Of a stretch of DNA of 64,000 nt, positions 17,298 through 25,839 are shown in pieces. The DNA is taken from contig JBBDYJ010000017.1 of the NCBI GenBank assembly GCA_040901675.1, positions 1 through 64,000 on the forward strand. Reading direction: 5' to 3'. Both the position numbers and the translations under genes were made by a program. The number at the start of each line of letters is the position of its first letter. Position 1 is the stretch's first letter. Under the pieces are notes generated by a model, which saw nothing but the letters and a program-made list of their open reading frames with translations, was not told the DNA's origin and ran no database searches. The DNA is from Pirellulales bacterium. GTDB taxonomy: Bacteria > Planctomycetota > Planctomycetia > Pirellulales > JAICIG01.

Positions 17298-18446
17298 TTA
17301 CGCCCGCACGACCCCTTGCCTCCGTCGGACACTCCGTCGGACCGCATAAGCCGCCACGGCTACAAGAGCAGCTAGGGTCGCGATAAGCATCCAAGCGACA
17401 CCTCCACGCGATCCATCGTTGACACCGAAGCCAGATTCAGTGGCGACCAGGCGCTCGTATGGTAAGTTCGCAGCCTGCTCAGCCTTTGTGACAATTCGTT
17501 TTCGACCTTCAGGTCTCGCGATATACCACTCAAATCCCTTTCGGTAGTCGACGACTTCTGTATCCGCGGGAAAATCGTACTGGAATTCCGCTTCCGACAG
17601 GACTATATTGAATTCCGACTGCACATTCGTCGCGAGATACTCGCGAAACACAAGCCCGCGCTTGTCCTTATCGACCGTGTCCGCAAAAACGGTCGTCTTC
17701 CAACCAGAAGGAACCCATCCATCAGTCCCTTGCTGCTTATACCAAAGGTCAATTTGAAACTTAGGATACCCGCCCGCAATGGTCGTTAGGCGCATCGGCA
17801 GCCATTCACGCCCCGGGTCGAGCCACAAAAGGTTCCGACGTTCATTGGTCGAGCGGATATGCTGGAGGATTACGCACTCAACGCTGCCAACCTTACCTCG
17901 CTCCGCGGTAACCGTATACTTACGGGTGTCGTACGTCCCGCCGAGCACGGTAGGGTCGAAGGGGCGATACAGCACGAGCAACGGTAGCAAGATCTGACTC
18001 CTCGCATCCGTGTGGGCTGCATCTTTATTGATAAACCCCGAGGCATAGAACTCCCCTGAGGAATTATCCTTGTCAAAGAAATGCTTGCTAACACGCCCAT
18101 CTGTAACGCTGAGATACGACCGGTTTCGAAACTCGCCTAAGGCGTCGATCCACTGGGGACCTTGGTACGAGTATCTGATCATTTTGCCCTGCAGACGCAA
18201 TTCACGCGACAAGGATATCGTCATGTCGGCGGCTGGAGCAACAACCCGCGGGCCGCGCGTTCCCTCGCTCATGATACTTCGTGCAAGGATGAAATTGGAC
18301 TCTTCCCAGGAGAAGCGGGCACTGCGAACGCGTTCGGATCGTGCTGTCCATGCGCGGTGGATTTCGCCAAGAGCCTCCTCCGCGCGAGCCGCCCCCACTA
18401 TACAGCTACTGATCATCAGCACTCCGATGAGCGATTGAACAATCAT
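17298..18446 (-). CDS. Hypothetical exported protein with C-terminal membrane anchor (LolA-like beta-rich, tentative)
   Basis: Signal peptide ARA|E, LWLDPGREWLP, EFQYDFPADTEVVD, C-terminal TM plus basic tail. Visibly lower GC. Confidence 0.7.
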   Translation of the reverse strand: MIVQSLIGVLMISSCIVGAARAEEALGEIHRAWTARSERVRSARFSWEESNFILARSIMSEGTRGPRVVAPAADMTISLSRELRLQGKMIRYSYQGPQWIDALGEFRNRSYLSVTDGRVSKHFFDKDNSSGEFYASGFINKDAAHTDARSQILLPLLVLYRPFDPTVLGGTYDTRKYTVTAERGKVGSVECVILQHIRSTNERRNLLWLDPGREWLPMRLTTIAGGYPKFQIDLWYKQQGTDGWVPSGWKTTVFADTVDKDKRGLVFREYLATNVQSEFNIVLSEAEFQYDFPADTEVVDYRKGFEWYIARPEGRKRIVTKAEQAANLPYERLVATESGFGVNDGSRGGVAWMLIATLAALVAVAAYAVRRSVRRRQGVVRA

Positions 18447-18609
18447 CGTACGTGGCCTTGTTTGGAACAGCGGTTCCCTGGCAATACTCCTGCAACGCAT
18501 GGTTCCGTCTATTGGACGCATCTGAGCAAGTGCGTAGCGGTCCGAGAACCGCGATGCGCCCCGGGGCATCGGTGATCGGTTCGGTCCTCGCGCAGCGCTG
18601 ATCGCCAGG

Positions 18610-19737
18610 TTAATCTTCCTTGCCCACCCAAGAAACAGGAACGACAACTTCATATCTCCGCCTTCCTTGCCCCACGTCAAACCGAACGTGCCCGCGCTGG
18701 AGCCCCGCCTCATCCACTCGCCGCGAAACCAAGTAGCTGACTCCACCTCCCGCCAACTCGCCCGCCGGGGTGACGGATAGCTCGCTTCCGCCGCTTGGCT
18801 CCATCCCCAAGACCTCGAACGGATCATGGCGCGAGCCGAGCGAAAGAACCTCGCTGACCACTTCCCCCACCCCTACCAGGCCAAAATGGAGGCTCCGCGG
18901 GTTCGCGTAGACGTCTGTTTCCACGACCCCCTTGACGTCGAGCGTTGCGGGAGGGACGCCGGCAAGTTCTGGGACATCAAACACCGCATCAAGCGCGACT
19001 CGCAGCTCCAGCGGACCGGGTGGAAGCTCCGGGGACGGCGAAACAACGACTTCCCAACTGTAATCGCCGGGAATGGGCCGGTGTACCCGTACATCCGCGA
19101 TCCGCTTGTCGCAGACCGCTTGAAGCGACCTGATCGGGTGCGCCGATGTGACCCGAACCGATCGCGATGGCCAAGGCGAATCCTTGATCAGCGGCTCGCC
19201 AAACTCGACGGAACGCGGCTGGATGGAGAGCGGGTGCGGCAGCACCTCGCCACGCAGGTTGAAAGAGACTGGAGATTTCTCGTCCAGCGCGAACGTGACG
19301 AGTGTGGCAAAATCGCGCGGCAACCCGGAGTCGATTTCTGGATCGGGCCGCGTAAGATCGAGACTCACGCGGACCCGTTCCGTCGCGCCAGGGGCCATGG
19401 TGAGCTGCTGGGGATCGAAGGCCCCGCAGCCGCACGATATCACCGCCCTGACCTCGAGCGGACCGTCCGAGAGATTCTTAAGCGGAAGCGTTACCACGTA
19501 GTCCTTCTGTTCCCACACCACGCCAAAATTCAGCCATTTATCGTCGACCGTCAGGATCTCTTTTCCTGGGGCCGAACGGCTGACCACGGGCGTGTCAAAC
19601 CAGGTTGCTCCTCCGAGAAGGCCCGCGCCGAAAAAAATGCACAGCACTGCGATTCGCATCACGCTGCGCGGCCTCGTCCACAGCATGCATTGCATGCCTT
19701 TCGACTTCGTTTCGAGATTGACCGGATTCGCTTCCAT
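18610..19737 (-). CDS. DUF1573-domain protein (tandem Ig-like domains)
   Basis: LNFGVV..LKNLSDGPLEV..SCGC, and repeated PRSVEFG / PRSLHFG. Start uncertain. Confidence 0.75.
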   Translation of the reverse strand: MEANPVNLETKSKGMQCMLWTRPRSVMRIAVLCIFFGAGLLGGATWFDTPVVSRSAPGKEILTVDDKWLNFGVVWEQKDYVVTLPLKNLSDGPLEVRAVISCGCGAFDPQQLTMAPGATERVRVSLDLTRPDPEIDSGLPRDFATLVTFALDEKSPVSFNLRGEVLPHPLSIQPRSVEFGEPLIKDSPWPSRSVRVTSAHPIRSLQAVCDKRIADVRVHRPIPGDYSWEVVVSPSPELPPGPLELRVALDAVFDVPELAGVPPATLDVKGVVETDVYANPRSLHFGLVGVGEVVSEVLSLGSRHDPFEVLGMEPSGGSELSVTPAGELAGGGVSYLVSRRVDEAGLQRGHVRFDVGQGRRRYEVVVPVSWVGKED

Positions 19738-19765
19738 CGCAAGTCGGAGTGTACAACAAAAGAGC

Positions 19766-20821
19766 CTATTGGCCCGGAGTCGCCACTGACGCCACGAACC
19801 CGGCACTGAGCCGAACTTCGACAGGCGTCCTCACAATCCACTGCGCTTTATCAAGAAGCCTTCCCGGCAAGACAGCGTGGAAGTCGCCGGGAGCCGGCGC
19901 AGCGTATGGCGGAATCTCAATGAGTGCGACGCCGGGCCCATTTCTCTTCGACCCTGTCGTGCCAGCTTTGTAATATCGGGGCAGCAACTCCTGACATTTG
20001 CCGCAGTCGTGGTGGTACAGCAGCACCAGCCATTCCCCTTCACCGAGATGGGGGCCGACGTCGATCCACGGCAGAAGCGGAAATCGGCGTCCCAGCCACT
20101 TTTCGGGCTCCAGCACGACGAAGCCTCCGTAGCCTACGATCTGACCGTCCTCGGTGAGGGTGGCCGGAGGATTGCGGCTCATCGCCATGGCGGCGGGGAC
20201 CCCGATCGATATGCACGCTGCAACCGACATCAAAAGGAGTCTGCGGCGCGGACTGAAATCCCAGGTCGATGGCCTTTCGGCATGACAGCGCATCAAGGCC
20301 GCCACTAGCGCCACATTGAGCGACAGGCTCCACCAGGGGCTGACTTCCAGGTTGCCGAAGCAGCCGCAGGACGTCCTTCCCGCCAGCCCCTTCGCCAGCG
20401 AAAACCCCGCAAAAGCGACGAAGCAAAAAATAGCGGCACCTCGTGCTTGCCGCGGATACGCTCCGCTCAACAGCCAAAGCCCCAGCAGCAATTCAAACGC
20501 GATCTGCGCGATCAAGAACAGATGAGAGCCGGACCAGCCGGCAACCAGAGCCACCGTTGCGACCTGGTCGGCCTTGAGGCCGGCCGCCGCCAGCAGAACG
20601 CTCCCGGCCACGATCGCAACGAGTTGCCGGGAGACAGCCGGTGCTAGAGAAGAGAGAAGAGAACAGCCGCGGAGCCGCCTGCCTGCCCCCCCCCCCGAAA
20701 AAGCGCCGGCGTCCGCGACGCGTGGTGGAAAAGACGGCGTTGGCCAAAACGGAGGGCTGAAAACCGACCGGACTCGCGCGGTCCGCGGACAGCAACTCAA
20801 GCGAGCCGCTGAAGCGGCCAT
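19766..20821 (-). CDS. MauE/DoxX-family redox membrane protein with C-terminal thioredoxin-like CxxC domain
   Basis: LLAAAGLK, ELLLGLWLLSG, SCGCFG and YHHDCGKC. Start uncertain and may be further downstream. Confidence 0.8.
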   Translation of the reverse strand: MAASAARLSCCPRTARVRSVFSPPFWPTPSFPPRVADAGAFSGGGAGRRLRGCSLLSSLAPAVSRQLVAIVAGSVLLAAAGLKADQVATVALVAGWSGSHLFLIAQIAFELLLGLWLLSGAYPRQARGAAIFCFVAFAGFSLAKGLAGRTSCGCFGNLEVSPWWSLSLNVALVAALMRCHAERPSTWDFSPRRRLLLMSVAACISIGVPAAMAMSRNPPATLTEDGQIVGYGGFVVLEPEKWLGRRFPLLPWIDVGPHLGEGEWLVLLYHHDCGKCQELLPRYYKAGTTGSKRNGPGVALIEIPPYAAPAPGDFHAVLPGRLLDKAQWIVRTPVEVRLSAGFVASVATPGQ

Positions 20822-21056
20822 GCCCGTTTTCTTGGAGATCTCGATCCATGACGCGTACCCTCCCAAAAAAAGGGAGCCCGCATCATGAGGCCCGGTCAGC
20901 AGCCGACGTGAATACTGAACCGCAGTCAGATTATCTGATTCCTCAAGCTCTGTCAAAGCTTTTCTTTTCGCATTTCTGCCAAATCCACTTTTCCGGATTA
21001 TTGCCCCAACCGGGGTAGCCGGTCCACAGGCGCGATTGACGGGACGATCGCACGCG

Positions 21057-22295
21057 TCAAATAAGGTGGTGCTGCGTGCCGAGCAGCGCGGCATAGGCCC
21101 CCAGGAGAAAACCGGCCACTGCCAGCAGCACGCCTGCCATCGCGCTAGGGGTCCGCGACAGCAGGCGGCCCAGCACCAGGTAAACCGGGACGGCGGCGGC
21201 CGCATAGCGGCCCATGCCGGCCATGGAGATGCTATAGCCCAGAGTTGCGTAGGGGATCAGGAGCAGCATGGCGGCCAGAAGCGATTCGCAGGGGGTCAAC
21301 CAACGCTTGACGGCGCCAAGAACCACCAGGGCGGCCGCCAGAACGAAAAAAATCGGGTTGGCGAACTGGAGGCTGAACAGGGAACTGCCCCCGGGATCGT
21401 GGCGTGACCAGTGGGCAGGAGCCGAGGGGAGGTAAACGCTCCAGATCGGTTCCAGCGTGACCAGCGCCAGCAGGTTCTCGCCCAGCGGCGCCGGGCGGCG
21501 GCCCGACCAATCGAGCGTCGTCTTGGCAAAGGCCAAAGGCTCGCCGAACTCGACCCATTGGTAAGCCATGTAGGCGGTGATGCCCCAGCAGGCCAGCGGG
21601 GTCAGCCAGGCGGCGCGCAGGAAGAAGCGGCGCGGGGTCTGCGATCCTTGCCAAACGAACAACAGAAACGGCGGCAGCAAGCCGAGGCCCACCGGGCGGG
21701 TCGCCGTGGCCAGGCCGACTATCAAGACCACAATCACTGCCGGCCAGCGCCGCTGGACCCCCATCAGGAAGAATATGGTGACCAAAACGAACAGCGACTC
21801 GCTGTAGGCCATGCGGAAAAAGACGGTGGTGGGCAGGAGGCCCATGGCCACGACAGCCCATTCGGCCAACTCCGGCTCGCCCGGACTCCGGCGGCGGACA
21901 TAGGTGAACATGGCGACGAAGGCCGCCGCCAGCGCGGCGTGCGAAACGAGAATAAGGGCGGCTTGGGTCCGGACGCCCGACACGGTTGCAAAGAGACGCG
22001 CCAAGACCGGATAGGCCGGAAAGAGGGCCACGTTCGAAAACCGCTGGCGGTTGTACTTGTAGCCGCTGTCGGCGATGCCGCCATACCAGGGCCCCGCGCG
22101 GCCGCCCATGCGGTCGAAAAAGTCCACTTGCGCGGGATAAGCTCCGCTGGCCGGCTTGACGTATTGGCTCCCGAAGGCGATGCCCAGCAGCACGACCAGC
22201 GTCGTCAAGTAGTAAAAGGCCAGCCCGCTCAACAGCGGCTCGACCACGTCCTTCCCGCTGTGCGGAAACCAGCCTCTGGCGATGCGAGTCCACAT
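21057..22295 (-). CDS. PIG-V-like (GT76-type) mannosyltransferase family protein
   Basis: WY.GIADSGY, NVALFPAYP, AYSESLF, ATRPVG and GEPLAF. Confidence 0.8.
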   Translation of the reverse strand: MWTRIARGWFPHSGKDVVEPLLSGLAFYYLTTLVVLLGIAFGSQYVKPASGAYPAQVDFFDRMGGRAGPWYGGIADSGYKYNRQRFSNVALFPAYPVLARLFATVSGVRTQAALILVSHAALAAAFVAMFTYVRRRSPGEPELAEWAVVAMGLLPTTVFFRMAYSESLFVLVTIFFLMGVQRRWPAVIVVLIVGLATATRPVGLGLLPPFLLFVWQGSQTPRRFFLRAAWLTPLACWGITAYMAYQWVEFGEPLAFAKTTLDWSGRRPAPLGENLLALVTLEPIWSVYLPSAPAHWSRHDPGGSSLFSLQFANPIFFVLAAALVVLGAVKRWLTPCESLLAAMLLLIPYATLGYSISMAGMGRYAAAAVPVYLVLGRLLSRTPSAMAGVLLAVAGFLLGAYAALLGTQHHLI

Positions 22296-22478
22296 GCGAG
22301 ATCACCTGGGCGGCTCAATTTTTCGGGCCGGCGACTAAAACTCCTTCATCGGTGCTGCCATAATACATGGCCGACCAGCCTTGATACCACTGTGGCGGCG
22401 CCGAGCGCCACCGGCACGCTCCGTCTCGTCCGTCTCGTTGTCGTTCCGATTCCTCCTTCCTCCTTCCTCGTTAACAAG

Positions 22479-24803
22479 ATGACCACTCAACGCTATTTGG
22501 CAACCTTGCTCGTATGGACCGCGGCCGTCGCATTCCCGGCCGCCCTGCCGGCCCAGGAGACGATCGGCCCCAGCGAAGGCTACCAGGCGGTGGCCGAGCT
22601 GCTCGAGGGGATGATCAGGCATGAGATGGAGGACAAAAAGCTCCCGGCCGCCTCGATCGTGCTGGTCGACGGCCGCGAGATCGTCTGGGCGGCGGGCTTC
22701 GGCCTGGCCGATCGCCAGCGCGGCACGCGGGCCACGGCCGAGACGGTGTACCGCGTCGGATCGGTGTCGAAGCTGTTCACCGATATCGCCGTGATGCAAC
22801 TGGTCGAGCAGGGAAAGCTCGACCTCGATGCGCCGGTCACCGATTATCTGCCCGACTTCCGGCCGCAGGACCCGTTCGGCAAGCCGATCACGCTGCGCCA
22901 ACTGATGTGCCACCGCGCCGGCCTGGTCCGCGAGCCGCCCGTGGGGAGCTATTTTGATCCAGGCGAGCCGTCGCTGGCCGAGACCGTCGAAAGCCTCAAC
23001 CGGACGGCGCTGGTCTACGAGCCGGGCACGCGTACCAAGTACTCCAACGCGGGCATCGCCGTGGTCGGCTACGTCCTGGAGCAGGTGCAAAACGAGCCTT
23101 TCGCCGCCTACGTCGAGCGGGCGGTGCTCGGCCCGCTGGGCGCGCGGGCGAGCAGTTTCGAGGCCACTCCCGACGTTGCCGCCAGACTGGCCAAGGCCGT
23201 CATGTGGACCTACGACGGCCGCGAGTTCGAAGCGCCGGCGTTCGGCCTGGGGACCGCGCCGGCCGGAAACCTGTACGCCAACGTGCTGGATCTCGGCAAG
23301 CTGCTGGCGGCCCTGGTCAACGAGGACGGCGGGCTCTTGAAGCCGGAAACACTCGGCGCCATGTACACGCCGCAATTCGCCGACGGCGAGTCCAAGTCGG
23401 ACTTCGGACTGGGCTTCCACGTCGGCGAGCTGGAGGGCCATCGGCGCGTGGGCCATGGCGGGGCCGTGTATGGATTCGCCACGGAGCTGGCGGCACTGCC
23501 CGATGCCAGGCTCGGCGTGGCGGCCGTGACCAGCAGGGACTGCGCGAATGCCGTGACGCGCCGCATCGCCGAGGCCGCGCTGCGGCTCTTGCTGGCCCGC
23601 CGCGCCGGAAAGCCGCTCGAGGCTCCCAGCGTATCCGATCCGATTCCCCCGGAACGGATCCGGCAGTTGGTGGGCCGCTACGCCAGCGGAGACGAGACCG
23701 TTCAGCTCAGCGAGTCGAACGGGCGACTGCTGATCGAGCGGGGCGATTTTGTTGCCAACGTGAGGGCGCTGGGCAACGGGCTGACGATCGACGACCCGCT
23801 GGTCTACGGGCCTGCCATTTCGCTGGGGACCGAGGGCGGCTTGTCGATCGGCGATCGCAGCTTCAGCCGGCTGCCCAACACCCGCCCCGAGCCGCCCCCG
23901 GCGGATTGGTTAGGCCTGGTGGGGGAGTACGGCTGGGACCATAACACGCTGTACATTGTCGAGCACCATGGCCGGCTGCACGCGCTGATTGAGTGGTTCT
24001 TCAACTACCCGCTCAAGGAGGCGGGCCGGGACGTGTTCGAGTTTCCCAACCATGGCATGTACCACGGGGAACGGCTCGTGTTCACCCGCGATGCCGCGGG
24101 TCAAGCGACGCAGGTCGAAGCGGCCGGCATCGTGTTTGCGCGGCGGCCCACGGAAGCGGCCGGAAAAACCTTCAAGATTGCCCCGGTGCGGCCGGTGGAA
24201 GAGCTGCGCGGCGAAGCGCTGGCGGCCCAGCCGCCGCAAGAGACGGGCGACTTCGAGGAAGCGGACCTGGTCGAGCCGGCCAAGCTCGATCCCTCGATCC
24301 GCCTCGACATCCGCTACGCGACGACGAACAACTTCATGGGCGCGGTGTTCTACGACGAGCCCAAATCGCTGTTGCAGCGGCCGGCCGCCGAGGCCCTGGT
24401 GCGGGTCCACCGCCGGCTGGCCAGCCAGGGCTACGGCCTGTTGATCCACGACGCCTACCGGCCCTGGTACGTGACCCGGATGTTCTGGGAGGCGACTCCG
24501 CCGGGGATGAAGCACTTCGTGGCCGACCCGGCCAAGGGCTCGCGGCACAATCGGGGGGCGGCCGTTGATCTGACGCTGTACGAGCTTGCTTCAGGCGCGG
24601 CGGTCGAGATGCCCTCCGGCTACGACGAGTTCTCGCCCCGCGCTTATCCGCGCTACCCGGGCGGCACGTCGCTGGCCCGCTGGCACCGGGAGCTGCTGCG
24701 CGAGGCGATGGAGTCCGAGGGGTTCAGCGTCTACGAGTTCGAATGGTGGCACTTCGATTACCGCGACTGGCAGCGTTATCCGATCCTCAATATCAGATTT
24801 TAA
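22479..24803 (+). CDS. Secreted serine hydrolase (beta-lactamase family) fused to VanX/M15 D-Ala-D-Ala dipeptidase
   Basis: SVSK, YSN and HGG; C-terminal DAYRP, SRHNRGAAVD and EWWHFDY. Confidence 0.9.
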   Translation: MTTQRYLATLLVWTAAVAFPAALPAQETIGPSEGYQAVAELLEGMIRHEMEDKKLPAASIVLVDGREIVWAAGFGLADRQRGTRATAETVYRVGSVSKLFTDIAVMQLVEQGKLDLDAPVTDYLPDFRPQDPFGKPITLRQLMCHRAGLVREPPVGSYFDPGEPSLAETVESLNRTALVYEPGTRTKYSNAGIAVVGYVLEQVQNEPFAAYVERAVLGPLGARASSFEATPDVAARLAKAVMWTYDGREFEAPAFGLGTAPAGNLYANVLDLGKLLAALVNEDGGLLKPETLGAMYTPQFADGESKSDFGLGFHVGELEGHRRVGHGGAVYGFATELAALPDARLGVAAVTSRDCANAVTRRIAEAALRLLLARRAGKPLEAPSVSDPIPPERIRQLVGRYASGDETVQLSESNGRLLIERGDFVANVRALGNGLTIDDPLVYGPAISLGTEGGLSIGDRSFSRLPNTRPEPPPADWLGLVGEYGWDHNTLYIVEHHGRLHALIEWFFNYPLKEAGRDVFEFPNHGMYHGERLVFTRDAAGQATQVEAAGIVFARRPTEAAGKTFKIAPVRPVEELRGEALAAQPPQETGDFEEADLVEPAKLDPSIRLDIRYATTNNFMGAVFYDEPKSLLQRPAAEALVRVHRRLASQGYGLLIHDAYRPWYVTRMFWEATPPGMKHFVADPAKGSRHNRGAAVDLTLYELASGAAVEMPSGYDEFSPRAYPRYPGGTSLARWHRELLREAMESEGFSVYEFEWWHFDYRDWQRYPILNIRF

Positions 24804-24958
24804 TTTAAGCCTTCTCAGCAGAATCTGTGGGTGGTCTCTTAACGATTTCGGGCATGGAAGCCCCTTTTTTCCCGAGCTGCGCTGCGTATCAAGCCCTCTT
24901 AAGATTTCGACGTCAAAAAACGGCTGCCTGGATCCACAGGTGGTTTTCCGGGGCCCTA

Positions 24959-25057
24959 GGAACGGCCGAAAAATAACTTCCCGATTTCGCGACTGCTAGC
25001 ATCAGGTGTCCAGCACGGCGTCTTTGCTATATGCGGAAGTTATTTTTCGGCCATTCC
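24959..25057. mobile_element. 99-bp MITE
   Basis: 23-bp IRs GGAA(C/T)GGCCGAAAAATAACTTCC with one mismatch, flanked on both sides by CTA. Confidence 0.85.
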
Positions 25058-25060
25058 CTA

Positions 25061-25312
25061 GTACGGGTTCCTCTTCTCTGCTTGCCGGTGTCGAGCGGGA
25101 AGGCCGCGTGCACCATTCACCATCGATGAATCCACGGGACCTCCAAATGAAGCTTCTCGCAAAGGTGGTCCTCGCACTTGATCCCCCTTGCTCCGCCCTG
25201 GGACAAACCCCAACAGTTTCAGGACCTGGGCCATGGACACTTCAGACCGCACGGCTTCAAAGTCGATGCCGGGCACCAACATCTCCCCCGAGCAGAGAAG
25301 AGGAACCCGTAC
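25061..25312. mobile_element. Element bounded by perfect 22-bp inverted repeats
   Basis: GTACGGGTTCCTCTTCTCTGCT (25061) and AGCAGAGAAGAGGAACCCGTAC (25291). Confidence 0.7.
25117..25282 (-). pseudogene. Internally deleted CHC2 zinc-finger (primase-like) protein
   Basis: PGIDFEAVRSEVSMAQVLKLLGF..GDQVRGP is joined out of frame to LCEKLHLEVPWIHRW*. The Cys/His core is missing. Confidence 0.6.
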
Positions 25313-25415
25313 TTTCGACCTCTAGCTACACCTGCAGATCCCGCAGAAGCTCCTTGTTTAACCGAACCCAGCCACAGATTCTGCGGAAGAACCGATTTTA
25401 AGAAAGACACCGATC

Positions 25416-25487
25416 AACGATCGCATTCGTATCATCAGCGCAAGAAAGGCGACACGACGTGAAAGGAAAATCTACGAAAAAGGCTAA
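25416..25487 (+). pseudogene. BrnT toxin C-terminal remnant
   Basis: NDRIRIISARKATRRERKIYEKG* overlaps the antitoxin start. No N-terminal part. Confidence 0.75.
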
Positions 25488-25728
25488 GGCAGCTTCCGCG
25501 GACGACGAGTTGCGGCCGGAATACGACGAAACTCTGCTGAAGAACGGCGTACGCGGCAAGTACGCTGAACGCTATCGCGCGGGGACCAATCTGGTTCGCC
25601 TCGCTCCCGAATTGGCAGCCGTGTTTCCCAATGATGAGGCTGTTAACGAGGCGCTGCGGTTAGTAATCCGGGTTGCCGACGACGCGACTCGCCTCACGAA
25701 ACGACGCAGGGGAGCCGGCCCCCAGTGA
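25459..25728 (+). CDS. BrnA-like antitoxin
   Basis: DELRPEYD..GVRGKYAERY..VFPNDEAVNEALR, located downstream of the BrnT tail. Confidence 0.75.
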   Translation: MKGKSTKKAKAASADDELRPEYDETLLKNGVRGKYAERYRAGTNLVRLAPELAAVFPNDEAVNEALRLVIRVADDATRLTKRRRGAGPQ

Positions 25729-25839
25729 TCTGACGAACGATCCTCGTCCGGATGGCTGGAGCAAAGTCCCGGCGCGCCGGGATGCCCCAGTCTTCGTCCG
25801 TCCTCTTCCTTCAGTCTCCCAGCCTCCAGTTCTGGTTCG

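Larger units (their letters stand above)
24809..25393. mobile_element. Non-autonomous ISL3-like remnant (outer element)
   Basis: Imperfect IRs GCCTTCTCAGCAGAATCTGTGGGTGG and (rc) GGTTCTTCCGCAGAATCTGTGGCTGG. GATTTTAA occurs at 24796 and 25394 as a candidate 8-bp target duplication. No transposase. Confidence 0.6.

Noticed and set aside
21411..22478. N-terminal extensions in the ORF track (1130-aa hydrolase, 740-aa symporter, 630-aa ABC ATPase, 844-aa cytochrome)
   Set aside because: The extensions overlap other genes. Signal peptides and family motifs begin at downstream starts.
22479..24803. Vancomycin or beta-lactam resistance locus
   Set aside because: There is no vanHA/vanRS. The VanX and serine-hydrolase domains sit in a cell-wall recycling context.
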